Source of the DNA: Moniliella sp. 'wahieum' | Lineage: Eukaryota | Assembly: GCA_003971905.1 (NCBI GenBank) | Contig: RSEE01000144.1 | Location: 1-64,000, forward strand | Direction of reading: 5' to 3' | Length of the DNA: 64,000 nt | In this document: piece after piece, positions 23,975-37,535 of the stretch | Numbering within the stretch: position 1 is the first letter of the stretch | Layout of the letters: each line of letters opens with the position of its first letter | Notes under the pieces: model-generated | The model's database searches: none | Told to the model about the DNA's origin: nothing | Seen by the model: the letters and a program-made list of their open reading frames with translations, nothing else | Position numbers and translations under genes: made by a program

Positions 23975-26834
23975 ATGAGCGCGATGGCCACTGTGCCCTA
24001 CTCGACCGCCAAGGGCGCCTCATCCGTCCGCACTCCCCTTTCGGTGCGGGCAAGGGCAAGGGCGAGGACAGGGACCTATCCCTGGGCACGTCCGAGGAGA
24101 TGGAAGAGCTTCGAGCCTTTCCCGACTACCCTGCCTACCTTCTCGTTGTCTTTACTCGGAATCACGAAGCCCAGATCCCCCCCATACGCGAAGCGGTGGC
24201 AGGTCTCTTGTTGCGCAACCACCTCCTCAACTCTGCCCTGCTCTATCCTCTCAGCGGGCGCACGCTGGCCGACATCCGACAGCAAGTCCTGCCCCTCCTC
24301 CGCTCCCCCCACCAGCTCATTCGCCGAACAGCCGGCTTGGCTCTGGCCGCATTGGTCAAATCGTATCCTTCTCAATTGAGTAGCATGATCACTGGCCTCC
24401 GTACCCACCTCCTTTCCGCCTCGCTTACGGAACTGCATGCGGCCTTGTGTGTGTTGACAGAATTGGCGCAGGATGCGCCGCAACGGTTCGCGTCGCTGTC
24501 GAAGCAGAACTGGTTGGTCTCCGCTTCGGTGCTGTTTACCTTCTCCTCCACGCTGCAGGTGCGCATTCTAGCCCTGCGCACCTGCATGCGCTTGCTCTGG
24601 TCTCTTCACCTATCCTCACCCCGGATTTGGAAAGTCTGTTGGACGCTCTACTTGCGCGGACCAAAGATCCCGATCCGAGTGTGCGCACGCTCGTCGTCAA
24701 ACGTTTTGCTCCATGGTGCGTCTGCTGCCACAAAAGCTCCTGACGCACATGGACGTCGTGATGAAGTTCATGCTCGCCTCGACCCGCGACGCCAACCCAC
24801 AGATTGCGCTGGAAGCATGTCGGTTCTGGCTCGAAGCGGCCGAACACCCACGTGTCGCTACGTCTCTCCTCCGTGGCTTCCTGCCGCACCTCGTCCCAGT
24901 TCTTCTCGCATCCATGGTCTACGATAAAACCGACCTGCTTGTCTTGGAGCGCGAGCAAAATCGCCGCCTCCCACTCTCCATTCGTCCACCCTCCTCGCTG
25001 CACATCCAACCCTCGCTCGCGCGCAGCCCCAAGGAGCTTGCACCATCTACTGCAGCACCGGCCTCCGCATCCGCACAGGACCAGGACCCTTCCACTTCCA
25101 TTTCCACTTCCATTTCCACTTCCACTTCCGCTTCCACTTCCGCTTCCACTACCACTTCTACTACCACTACCACTACTGCCTCCGGCTCCGCTTCGGGCCC
25201 TCCCAAATCGCCCCCCGACGTGTCGGAATTTGATCCGCTCAATGACTGGAACTTGCGCAAGTGCAGTGCCGCGACGCTGGACATGTTGTCCGTTCGCTTT
25301 CCTGCCGAGCTCTTACGTCCGCTGCTGCCGCTGCTGAGGCAGAAACTGCGCTCGTCCGAGTGGGTGGAGAAAGAAGCTGGGGTATTGGCGTTGGGTGCGA
25401 TTGCGGACGGTGCGTACGACGAGATGCGCGCTCACTTGCCCCATTTGATTCCGTTTTTGATCCCGCTGCTGGGCTTCAAACATGCATTGGTGCGCAGCAT
25501 TGCGTGCTGGACATTGGGGCGGTACGGGCGCTGGTGTTTGGCCGACGAATCGGAGCACATCTCCACGTACTTTTCCCCGGTCCTGGAGGGCCTGCTCAAG
25601 TGCACGCTCGACCCTAGTATGCGGGTGCAAGGCTGGGTGCAGCGCAGTGGCCACGTTGGCCGAAGATGCAGGGACGGAACTGGTGCCGTTTCTGCCCATG
25701 GTGCTGGGAAACCTGATGCAGGCATACCAGCAGTTCCACAACCAGAGGGACAGCATGCTGGCCGTCTACGACGCTCTGGGCGCGGTCGTGGACGCTGTGG
25801 GAGATAGTCTGTGCGAGGCCGAGTATGCCCAGCTCCTCTTGCCGCCCTCATGGCACGATGGGCGGCACTTGCGAACGACGACCCGGGGCTCCCACCCCTG
25901 CTGGAATTCTTGTCGTCTGTGGCCATCGTGATGGAAACCAGGTTCCAGCCGTATGCGCCAGCGGTGTTCCAGCGGTGCGTGGTGCTGTCTGAGTCGCTGA
26001 TGCGGTACGAGGTGTGGGGGCGAGGTACGCCATCCACCTGGCCCGAAGCAAGACTAGTGGTGGATGCGCTGGATCTGTTGTCGGGGCTGATGCAGGGTCT
26101 TCAAGGGCGAGCACAACCTTTGGTCCAGGCCATGGCATCGTCCATCTTGCCGCTTTTGACGCTGTTTGCGAGTGCGGGAGAGCGAAGTGAGGCAATCGGC
26201 ATTTGCCTTCCTAGGGGACCTAGCTATCTTTTCTTTTGCCCATCTGCGCCCTGTGCTCCCCCCTTTGCTGCCCTACTTGATTGCCCAGATCGAGGACAGT
26301 CCCAAGGGCCCGAATGTGAGCGTGTGCAACAACGCAGCTTGGGCCCTGGGGGAAATCGCACTGCAACTCGGGCCGGATCCTGGGCTGCAGCAGTGGGTGC
26401 CCACCATGCGGGACCACTTGATGCCCGTGCTACTCATCCTAAATCCAGTCGCCCCTAGCGGAAAACGCGGCGGTGGCACTGGGCCGACTGGGCCTGGTCG
26501 CGCCCGAGGAGGTAGCCGCGTACCTCGGCACCTTTGCTCTGCCCTGGTGCACGGCCATGTGGGACGTGAAGGATACAGAAGAAAAAGATTCGGGCTTCCG
26601 CGGCTTTTGCCGCATGGTCCAGCACAACCCGACTGCGATTCAGACCCCCTTGACATTTGCCGTGTTGGCCTTGGCTATTGCCCAGTGTCCACCCCGTCGC
26701 ACGAACTGAACCAGATGTTCGCCTCGCTCTTGCTGGACTACCGGACCAAGTGGGAGCAGACAAGCTTGGCCCGAGCTTCTTGCCCATCTGCCCGTTCGCG
26801 TTGTTCGTCGGCTGCAAAAACGGTATGGGATTTG
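23975..26834 (+). CDS. KAP104: Transportin / importin beta-2 (Kap104-like), divergent; start uncertain
   Basis: PDYPAYL, AGLLLRN, IALEACRFWL, LVPVLLASMVY, DWNLRKCSAATLD, EAGVLALGAIADG, LVRSIACWTLGRY, EVRQSAFAFLGDLA, SVCNNAAWALGEIA, ALGRLGL, EEKDSGFRGFC, ending RYGI*. Multiple indels. Confidence 0.9.
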
Positions 26835-27306
26835 ATCTTGGAACTCCCTGCCTTTCTATCTTCGTGCCAAAGCCGGCCCGCCGAGCATGATATGGAGATG
26901 ATGTCAATGATGGGGCTGGATAGATGAGCACGTGTGAGCTCGATGGGTTCTAACCTAGCTAGCAACAGCAGCAGCACCGACAGCAGCCAGAGATGGCAGA
27001 TGGCACGCAAGAGCTACGAGCAGACTTCGGCTGTTGCTGTTTTGCGTAGTCGCGAGACCGAATCTTCGTTGGTGCTAGAGTGGGGCATAGATGAATGGAT
27101 GATTGTTAACTGGTGATCTTGCGGGGTAGCCGTAGTTTCAAAGTTTCATCCCCGGGCGGAAATGGCCCTGAGCCCCATTCCGCTCCCCGCCAATTTTTTG
27201 GGCAATTTTTCGGGGCCGCCGCCTGGGCCTGGACTGCGGCTGGGCGGGCGGGTGTTGGAGTTGCGTAGGCTGCCCCACCACCACCACCCGGATCCCTGTG
27301 CTCGCC

Positions 27307-30300
27307 ATGGCCTCTGCCTCCGATCCTCCGCCCAAGATCCGCGGGGGCAAGATGCTGTTCGTCTCGCGTCTTCCGTACAGCGTCACCACCGACACGCTCA
27401 ACGAATACTTTGGTGACATTGGCCCTCTGCGCAAAGCGTTTGTCGTGACCGACAAGGAGTCGCACAAGTCCAAGGGTGTGGCCTATGTCCAGTATGCCTT
27501 GGCTGACGATGCGGAGCGGGCCGTGGAGGAGCTTGGAAACAAGCCCATTCCTGGTATTGAGGGTGCCCCTCGCCCGATTCGTATCGAGCTCGCACGTACA
27601 CGCGAACCCCCCACCGACCGCAAACGTCCCGCCGACCCCCTCGAGGCAGACAGCAAGAAAGCCAAGCTCACCTCGGTTCGCCCTGATTCGGCCGCAGCGT
27701 CCGTCCCGACACCGAAGCAGGACAAAAAAGTGGTGCCCGCCTTGGGGCCTGCACCTGTCGCTGACCCTGTCTCTGTCTCTGCCATCCCATCTACCTCGCC
27801 GGCGACGACCAAGGCCGCTAGGCCCGCATCCGCATCCGCGTCTGCCTCTACCTCTGCCTCTGCCCACGTGTCTAAGGAAGATCGTGCACTTGCTCAACGT
27901 ACCCTGGTTGTCACTGGCCTTGCGCGCTGCAGCCCTCAGCCCGACACGAAACAACTGTACAAGCGGGTGCGTAAGCTAGGGGATGTGGAGGAAGTGTTCT
28001 ACCCTGCCCCAGGCGCGGACGTGAATACGGCGCATGTGCTGTTCCGTACGCCGAACCATGCACAACTTGCTGTGCCCAAGCTCGATGGCCATATCTACAA
28101 GTCTGCCACGCTGCGTGCCCACCTCAAAGCTCGGGTCGATGCGCGGTCGCGGTTGGAGAAGACGATTACCAATCCCGAGACACGCGCTCGACGCGAAGCG
28201 GCCGCTGCTCAGACCAAGGCTGCTTCCTTGTTGGACGCCATTGCGGTTCTCAACTTGCCCCATTCGTCGTTGCGCGTCCCGGGGCAAGGTCCACTCGATG
28301 GAATGGAACTGCTTTCGCATGCCTCGGGCGGAGCCTTTGCCAACGGACGGATCGAACGGCGCAATCGGCTGATTGTGCGCAACTTGCCCTTTGATGTATG
28401 TCCCCGTTCTAATTCTAGTTCTAGTTCTAGTTTACTGCTACGGAGGAGAAGGGATCGGAACTGACTCGCTTGCCCAGATCACCGGAAGACTTGAAGGCGT
28501 ACTTTTTGCCGTTTGGACCGTTGTATGAAGTGGATGTACCCCAGACGGAAAAGAAGGTGCGGGTCCACAAGCGGCCTCGGGGCGCACACGCCGCGACTAC
28601 CACGGAGACGGAGGAAGATGCGATGAGTGGAGTGGAGGAGGACGAGGAGGCGTCATCTGCTTCGGAGGGAGCATCGTCAGAAGAGGAAGAAGAGACGGCA
28701 TCTGACGATGACGAGGACTCGGACTCGGATGGTGACGATGACGATGAGGAATCCGAGGCAGAGAAGAGGAGAAGCAACGCTGCGTCCGATGCCGAGTCGG
28801 ACACATCCTCTTCGTCCTCCAAGGCCAGCGGCTGCTGCGACTGCGAAGCCTGCCGCGACAACAACCCGTGGTCGTGGGTTCGGGTTTGTGTGGTTTGTGT
28901 CGTACGCGGATGCGGAACGTGCGCTGAGTCTGAACGAGACCGAGATGCGGCATGGGGAGGCGGAGCGCGTGGCACTGCAGGCGGCCAAGAACTCGGGTCT
29001 GGGTGTGGTGCGGCGCAAAGCCAAGAAGGCACGGGATGTGGTGTTGCAGCATGCCCATCCGGCCGCACGGTGACTGTGCAGTTTGCCGTGGGGAAGGACG
29101 AGTACGAGAAGACCAAGGACCAGGCTACGGTCCCCCACCTCTGACGGAGAGGATGAGGCGGAAGGTGCCAAGGACGCCAAGTCTTCCCGCGAAGGAGGGG
29201 AGAAGAGCCGCCCCCACCCCCTGAGGAGGGCACCACCCTCTTTGTCCGTAACATCCCCTTTAGTGCTACCGAGGCAGAGTTTGCTGCTCTCTTCCGTGGG
29301 TTTGGTCCGATGCGGTATGCGCGGCTGGTGATGGGTAGTGACAAGACGCCGCGGGGCACGGGCTTTGTCTCATTCTGGGACAAGATCATGCGGATGCCTG
29401 TCTGGCGCTGGCGAAACGCGTCAGCAAGGAAGCCGCCACATCGGAGACCAAGGCGGAAGGCCAACACTACTCTTCTGTCTTGACTGCCGATGCGGGGTCG
29501 CCATGGCAGCGCCGCTGACGCTGCAGGGCCGTGTTCTTGTGGTTGTCCCCGCCATGGAGCGAGGGGATGCAGCGGCGATTGCTGCCGATCGGGTGGCAGC
29601 GCGGGCCAAGACGGATAAGAGGAACACCCACTTGTTGCGGGAAGGGGTACCGTTTGCCCATTCCCCACTGGCGTCTGAGTTGGGGAGAAAGATGCGGAAG
29701 TCCGCATGGCGTCGTTTGGGTTGCGCAAGCAACAACTTTCGGCCAATGCTGCGCTGTATGTTTCGCCGACGCGACTGTCGGTCCGGCGGCTGCCTCTGTG
29801 GGTAGGGGATGTAGAGCTGCGTCGACTCGCGTCGTTGGCGCTGCGTGCGTTTGACCAGGAGGTCAAGGACGGTACCCGTGCCCCTTCCTCCCGCCGAGGC
29901 AGAGGCCAAGGGATACGACCCGGGCCACGTACCGTCAAGGGTGTCACGCCCGGATCATCCGGCAAAAGGACCGGTTGGACCAGCTGTTTGCGTCGCGTGG
30001 CCTGGGCCGTTCCCAAGGGTACGGGTTTGTGGAACTGCCATCGTTGCCGATGGCACTGAAAGTGCTGCGGTACCTCAACGCCTGGCCCGAGGCGTGCCGA
30101 CGCTGGTCAAGCTGCACCGTACCGAACTGCAGGGCACCCGGAAGCATCTTACCGCTGAGCTCAAGCATGTTTCTCCGGCCAAACGCGAGGAGACGGAACT
30201 GTTGTTGAAGCGGATCGAAGCACGGTTGAAGGAGCTTGACACGTCCGAGCGAGGCGGGCGGTTGCTGGTCGAGTTTGCTTTGGAAAACGCTACCATCACG

Positions 30301-30510
30301 CGCAAACGCCGGGAACGTACGCTGCAGCTCAAGGCCGGCAACGCACGCAAGGCGCGCGACCCCAATTCGACCCACGTACGTGAGGCACGGGAATGGGGAA
30401 AGTTTGCAGCCAAGGCGGATGGGTACGTGAAGAATGCCAAGAAGGATCGTGGACCCGGCAGCATCATTGCGCGTAAGCGGCGTGAGAAGAAGGCGAAGCG
30501 CAAGGCGTAA
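27307..30510 (+). CDS. NOP4: Nucleolar protein 4 (RBM28 family, four RRMs; 60S biogenesis)
   Basis: RRM1 LFVSRLPY...HKSKGVAYVQYA; RLIVRNLPFD; TTLFVRNIPF...PRGTGFVSF; DKRNTHLLREG; LYVSPTRLSVRRLP; RSQGYGFVE; RLLVEFALEN; SIIARKRR. Intron 28396-28477. Confidence 0.92.
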
Positions 30511-30690
30511 GGTACACGTTACATATGCATCTGTTTCTCCTCGACTGGCAACGACACTTGCGTCATGGTGACACCGACGCATAGATGGTGTTTATCGATA
30601 TAAGTGGGGATGGTTCTATGTAGGGTACAAACCGGCGCTCCTGCCTCCATAGGAAAGTGCGCTTGCTAGTCAAAGTAGTCCAGTCTGCTC

Positions 30691-32705
30691 TCATAGTATG
30701 GAGGGGCCCGTCAGGAACGGGTCGGCCAACAGGGCTTCCAACGTCAAGGCAGGGTCTTCTCCCAAGTCGAAGAGGGTAGTGAGGTCGAGTGGGGGTACCT
30801 CAGGTGGACTTTCCATTGCAGTGGCCTGTGCCTTAGCTTGGCCAGCTGCTCTCGTCGCCGGCCCATGAGGTTGGTACTGTAGGCTTGCATGTACTCGTCC
30901 AGCGCGCTCGAGCCGTCGCCCGATTGCTGTTGGCGGCGCAACGCGAGGGAGAGCAATTGTTCCAGTCGTTCGCCCGACAAGGAGCCTTGTTCTTCCCATG
31001 GAATCTCCTGTTCGCTTCCCCGCCGCCCGTCTTGCAGCACCTCAATCGCACTCGTTACCAATGTTGCGCCTTGAGGCCGCAGCAGGAGGTCCAACACGAG
31101 CATCAGGCCCGCATTGAACACAGCATGGCGAAACGTCCAGGTACGATGCAAGACTTGGCCTGCGTGACTGCACTCGACACCAAGGCGCACCACGGCTTGC
31201 GCCTCCTCCACCCCGGGACCCAACCCGCCGACCAAAGCGTATGGCATGTGCAAACTCACTGAACCGAACGGAGCAGGGCGGTGAGCATGGTGCCCTGCAG
31301 CCCGATGAATGGGTAGGTGGTTAACAAACGTTTGGCTGCATCACTTTTCACTGCCAAGGGTACTTCGGGGCTGAGCAGGTCTCCACGCTCTACCAACAGC
31401 GTAGTTAACGCCGTGTCGGCCTGGCGTAGTTGCTCGGGCGTCACTCCGGCCCGCTCCGACGCATCGTGCAGTCCCAGCTCACAGAGTTGGCGAGCCTGTT
31501 GGGCCGCATTCAGAAGTAACGGCCACACGCCAAAGGCGACCAGGTGCGGCGCTACCTCTGCGAGCTGGGCGTGGGAGACGCCCTGCCACGAGGTGGTGAA
31601 GGTACCAGGGTAGACCATGTAGCAGCCCTGGTACGGCGCCGCGCGCCAGTCGAACCACAGTACCATGGCCCAGATGGCAGCCGAGATGTACAGTTCGGGT
31701 TTGAGGTCTTTGACGGGACCGAGGCGGTCCATGCGTGCTTGACGGGCGGCACGGATGCATGTGTCCAGCACACCCATGCATCCGGGCGGAATCGCAACAC
31801 ATAGGCTGGCGGTCAAGATGGCCAGGCCGGCCTGGATGGCGAGTTGAATACTGGGACAATGGTGCATCGGGCACGCTGCGCGCTCGGCCTGAAGGATGCT
31901 CTCCTGAAAGCAGATACGGGCAATGGCGGTAAGCTTGCTTGCTTCCGCATGTGTTTCCGACCGGGCTGCGATCACGCCCCAGATGAGCAGGAGGGAAGGA
32001 GCGGCGAGGTGGTAGACGGTGGCGGTGGCCGCACACAGAAACGCGAGCAACGGAAGGGTCAATCCGTGGCGTGTGGCGAGATAGACCTCGTTGGGGGCAA
32101 GCGGAGGCAGCGCATACAGAGCCTTGGCACGCTCCTCCATGTCGACGGGGTCGTACCAGGGGGAAGCAACCGCGACCTGGTCCCAGTGCATCCGGAGCAC
32201 GTGCAGCATCTGATCGATGGTGCTGGGAAGCAGGGCACGCGCCTCGGCGGCCAGGTGGCTCCATGGGTCGGGGGTGGCGCAAACAGAGGGAGGAGCGAAG
32301 CGAGGATAGGGCTTGGGAAGGGGTGTGTCTCGCGTGGTTGGAGGGTGAGAAGGGAGCGGGTAAAAGTGTCCTGGCCCGTGGGGGCGGGCACGGGAGGCGC
32401 AGGAGCGGCGCCGGTGGTGGGACAGGGACAAGGGCTGGCGGGGGCCGTGTGGCCGCGGGGTCCGCAGCAGCCGTGGTGGTGGTGGTGGCTGTGGGGGCGG
32501 GGGGGTCGCCGCTGCGGATCTGGGCGAGGGGCACGCCGGCAATGGTGCACTGGCTGGGGGGGCGGCCGTGGGCGAGGCAGGAGGAGCAGACGGGCGCGCG
32601 GCGGTCGCACTTGAGCTTGGAGGTCTTGCACAGATCGCACGACAGCTGCGCGCGGCGGCGGCGCTTGCGCGTGGGCTCCGAGGGCGGGGTGGGCGTGTGG
32701 GCCAT
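30691..32705 (-). CDS. Zn(II)2Cys6 fungal transcription factor
   Basis: RKRRRRAQLSCDLCKTSKLKCDRRAPVCSSC...SQCT binuclear cluster. Middle homology-like region (CIRAARQARMDRL...IWAMVLWFDW, WTFRHAVFNAGLML). Probable intron donor near 31259. Confidence 0.88.
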
Positions 32706-33007
32706 GGAGGGAGGCGGTGGTGGGGGGGGGGCGTCTGACGCCCACTGGGCCCAATACAGCCTCGGTGTGTAGCCACCCGGCGGAGTTAGCGGGCTGCCGG
32801 AGGGGGCTAGTAGTTACTCGGTACAAGTTACTAGGCATCCTAGCTAGCCAGTTATCTGATACGCAGCCTCTACTGCGTGCCCAGTCGCATGAAATGTCGC
32901 CCGCTGCTGCGGCGCGGAATACCCCGCCTCTTCCGCCCCGCCCCGCCCCCCCACCCTCCAAGGGCAGCACCCCGGCCCGCACCGCCCCCCGCCGCCTTCC
33001 TCCCCCC

Positions 33008-34476
33008 ATGAGCGCCGACCAAGTTGCCGCCAAGCTCGCCGCGCCTCCCTCGCGGCCCCCACGCCGTCCCCGGCCTGGAAGGGGACGCCGTCAAGGTCGA
33101 AGCGCCCCATGCCCAGCGCGTCACCCCGTGGGAGGTCGAAGGCGCCGTGGTGGACGGCAAGCCGCAGGCTGTCGACTACGACAAGCTCATCAAGGAGTTT
33201 GGCACCCGCCCCATCACCCCCGAACTTCTCCAGCGCTTGAGGCTGTGACTGGCTGGCGTCCCCACCCGCTCCTGCGCCGCGGCACCTTCTTCTCACCGCG
33301 AGCTGGACCAAATCCTGACGCGCTTCGAGCAGGGCAAGCCCTTCTATCTCTACACGGGCCGCGGGCCCTCGAGCACCTCGATGCATCTCGGTCACCTGAT
33401 CCCCTTTATGTTCACCAAGTGGCTCCAGGATGTATTTGCCTGCCCGCTGGTTATCCAGCTGACCGACGACGAAAATTCCTCTTCAAGCCCAAGCTCAAGC
33501 TCGACCAAGTCCGCCAGTTTGCGTTTGAGAATGCGCGCGACATTATTGCCTGTGGCTTTGATCTGAGCAAGACGTTCATTTTCAACGACTTTGACCATGT
33601 TGGGTAGGTCCTCTGTCTCGCAGTCCAAGCAATTCATCACTAACACCTTTCTTTTCCTTTCCGTTCCTTTTCTTTTTCCGTTGTCTTGCCTAGCGGCGCC
33701 TTTTACCACAATGTCGTGCGCATCGCCCGCACCATCACCGCCAACCAGGCGAAAGGCACGTTTGGATTTACCGACTCGGACAACATTGGCAAGTTCCATT
33801 TTGTTTCCATCCAGGCCGCCCCTTCTTTCTCCAACTCCTTCCCCCAGATCTTTGGGGAAGACCATACGGTGCCATGCTTGATTCCATGTGCGATTGACCA
33901 AGACCCTTACTTCCGTCAAACGCGGGATGCGGCGACGAAGCTCAAATACCCCAAGCCCTCCCTGGTTCACTCCAAGTTCTTCCCTGCGCTCCAGGGCCCG
34001 CAGACGAAGATGTCGGCCTCGGACGAGCTGAGCTCGATCTACATGCACGAGACGGCCAACCAGATCAAAAACAAAATCAACAACATGGCTTTTCCGGAGG
34101 CCAAGAGACGTTGGAAGAGCAGCGTCGGTTGGGGGGCAACCCGGACGTGGACGTGTCGTACCAGTACATGTTGTTCTTCGTGGACGATGATGCTGCAATG
34201 GAGAAGCTCGCTGCCGAGTACCGTTCTGGCCAACTCTTGACGGGCGAACTGAAGAAACTGGCCATTGCCACGTTGCAGCACGTTGTGCGCACGTTCCAGG
34301 AGCGCAAGAAGAACGTGTCGGACGAGCTGGTCAAGCAGTTTATGGATGCAACGAGGAAGATTGACCCGACGCCAGTTCCGCCCAAGACGACGGTGCACAA
34401 ACAACAAGATCTTGGATTTGTCCTTCCCACCCTTCCAGAGTTGGCCCCGGCCAAGCCCAAGGCCCCCAAGGCGTAG
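33008..34476 (+). CDS. WRS1: Cytosolic tryptophanyl-tRNA synthetase
   Basis: [69 protein letters not shown]. Intron at ~33604-33693. Confidence 0.96.
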
Positions 34477-34578
34477 CGAGATGTAATTCCAATCTGTGCC
34501 TGCCTCTGTCTCTCTCTCTCTCTTTTTCTCTCTGGGACTTTGTGTGGATTGTCAGGATAGGGAAAGGCGTACGGTTGA

Positions 34579-36506
34579 CTAGCACGTGTCCTTCAGCCGG
34601 TTCTTGGGCCATGGGAACTGGGTACTGGGGAAACTAGTGTGGTTGGGATTCAGGTACAGGTCCAGGTGCTGAACCGTCCGTCTAGTTAGTATTTCTGCCC
34701 AAAGGAAAACCAGAAGCGAACAGAAGCGGACGGGATGGGGGCAAGACGTACGTTGTCAATGTACTGTTTGGTTGGATGGTCCGGTGGATCACAACTGACC
34801 CGCATCTCGCCCTCCTGTTGGTAGAGCCGGACCGAGTCCACTTGAAGCACAGCCGGGAACTTGATTTCGTTCCAGTAGACGCCCTGGAAGCCGGACGAGA
34901 GGCCCAAGTTCATCACGATGGACATGGGCTCGGTAGGCACGATGCGCTGAGAAACGTTGGTGTATTGGTTGGGCCCTGGCCGAGCTCGGAGCCGACCAAG
35001 ATCGTTTGCCGTCCAGGTACCATGTAATGCGACCGTTACCGTCCTTGGTGTAGTCGGGCTCAATCTCCACCCCAAAAGAGACAAGCGGGACCCGGGGCTT
35101 GGATGTAGGCTTCGGCTGGGATCTGCTGTGTTCCACTGATCGCTTCTTGGTACACCGAGCCGGTGTAGCTGTTGCGTTTGCCACCGTTGAAAAATTGCGC
35201 CTGATCAAAGCCCCAGGTATAGTTGGCATCGTACGGTCCCACCTGATTGATGATGGTGCATGCGCGTCAGTCCTCGCTACCTTTTCGAGCGCATAGTGAC
35301 CCCGCAGCATATACACGCAAGCATGCGCGCGTTAATACGGACTCTCCACGCACCTGTAAACTTTGGGAAGCCATACCGATCTTCTGGGCATTCTGAGCTT
35401 CTACCAGATCAATCTCGGGGGCAGAGCGACCAACGGTTACGTCGGGGCCTGGATGATCCTCCCCGGGGCAGGTACAGGAAGAAACCCGTTGGCCAGGCAG
35501 GAAGGAGAGCTTGTAGTCATCCTGGTACGAGTAGGTGCCATGGGCGTGGATGGTCTGCTCGGGCGCAGTACCCTCGGGGTTAGTCTGGTTGGGCAAGGTG
35601 CCCCAGTCGCACGCTTGGTACGAGTATCTGCATATAGATATCCGCGTGGGGTTTGAAATCGTCAGTGTTCTCTCCTTGGACGAGGCATGGGGGTGCAGCA
35701 GGACCCAAAACCAAGGTGGAGCGGGGGTGGGGGCTGGGGGGTGAGAGAGGGTTACGTACGGCCACATTCCATCGGTCGAACCGAGGTAGCCCGGTCTACC
35801 TAGATTGCCCATCGTCCACAGCCCAGGCCAGAAGCCGCGCTGCTCCTGGGTGCCTGGGAGCTTGACGTTCATCTCCAGGTACCCGCCTTGGAAGCAGAAC
35901 TTGTTCCAGCTCTGAAGCATGCCCGATTGGAAGTTGAGGTTGTGGTTTGGTTTCTGGACCATGGTGAGCTGGAGCGCACCCCGGTCGTGTTGACAGCCTC
36001 GGGGCATACCATTCGTAGTCGTTCGTAGCGCCATAGTAAATATCCACCGCTTCCCAAAATGGGTCGTCGCCCGGCCAAAACGTCCGTCCCTCCTTTTCAA
36101 ACTCGTCGGAAAAGACGAGCTTCATCGTCTGTCCCGTTGCCTGGGACGTCCAGGTGTGCGCGTTGGCGGGCGTATCGGGGTCGATGAGCGAGGGCAAGGG
36201 CAAGTCAGCCACTTGACCTGTACTGTTGAGGTGCTGTAGGTTGGGCCCGTGAGACGGCGCGGTGAGGATGGGGTAGCCAGCAAAGAGCATCAACAGGCTG
36301 AGCAACAGAAGGCCCGTTGCCAAAACGTTGAGTATGCCGCGCGTGTCCGCTACGGAACTCTGGACGTCCTTGTGGGGGTCGTGGAGGTCATCGTCGTCTT
36401 CGGGCAGGGAGTTGAAGAGGGCACGCCGGCTGCGAGGAAGCGGTGTACTTGTCCACACTCGAATGGGCATCGTGGGAGCTTGAGGTGGGAACGTAGGGGC
36501 CTGCAT
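34579..36506 (-). CDS. KRE6: Beta-glucan synthesis-associated protein, KRE6/SKN1 family (GH16)
   Basis: EDDDDLHDP, TM segment LLMLFAGYPI, LIDPDTP, LVFSDEF, RTFWPGDDPFWEAVD, SGMLQSWNKFCFQGG, GFWPGLWTMGNLGR, GRSAPEIDLVEAQ, EPMSIVMNLG, CDPPDHPT, WPKNRL. Several introns. The start may lie upstream (~36682). Confidence 0.92.
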
Positions 36507-37535
36507 GGTGCGCTATACAGCAGCAGCCAGTGGTGTCAACAGCAGAGGGGGGGGAACGGTTGTATATATAACCAAGTCTGTAGCAAACTGGGCCCAAGAG
36601 AGGAGGGACTAGGGCGGACGAGCGAGAGAGGCGACAGCGCACACATGTCTGGGCGATGCATTCCAAAATAGGATGTGGCCATCGCCGAAGGCGGTGGGCA
36701 GGATGGATGGATGACATGACGGCGTGCATGACGGGGCGAGCGAGGCAGAGGCGGGCGTGGTGGGGGAGAGGTGGCTCTCAGTCAGCCACCCAAACTCGGG
36801 GCAGCAGAGGGCAGGCCAGCATATGCCACCCACTGCGTCGAAGGCATCTCAGCAAGGGGACGGGGACAGAGCGCCTGCGCATGTGGCCTTCGGCAGCGCG
36901 AGGCGGGACCCAGCGAGGGAGCCAGCGCTTGGCCAGCGCCAGCAGCAGCGCATCCCTCCGGCCTCAGGGAGGGGGATGGTGGGCAGGCTAAGCGCTTGAA
37001 CATTGAAGGCGGCGCGGCGGGCGGATTGTTTTTCCGCTGGTGAGATTCTGAATTCGGCCCTGGATGGCAAGCTTCGCGCCGAGGCGGCCGAGGGTGGCAA
37101 CGTGTCGCGGGGCACGGGGGGGTCAGTGCGTGTCAGTGCGTGCTCGTGCCTGCCCTGGCCAGCTCTTGTCTGTCGGGCTCGTCGCGTCGGAAGCGGTGGG
37201 TGGCGAGGCAGGCGTCACCGGTCGCCGGGCTGCCCTGGCGTGCCGCACCCACCCAGCCCGCCCCCAAGCCCCGAACGGCTGTCTCTGCCACGCCACACCC
37301 CCCGCCCGAAACAACTCGCCCCGTGGGGAAGCCCATCTTCCCGCGGCGGATTCTCCAACGTCTGTTCTCTGCGTTTGCACCGCCCCATCCGCACCACGCG
37401 CGCTGCGCTTCTCCCGGTCTCTGCCCGATCGCCTGCTCCATTATATACTCAGTACTGGCCTCCGCCCAGCCCCTTTCTTGCTCTTTCTTCTGCCTGTCCA
37501 TCTTCTCTTCCTCCCCATCACCCCCCCCACCCACT

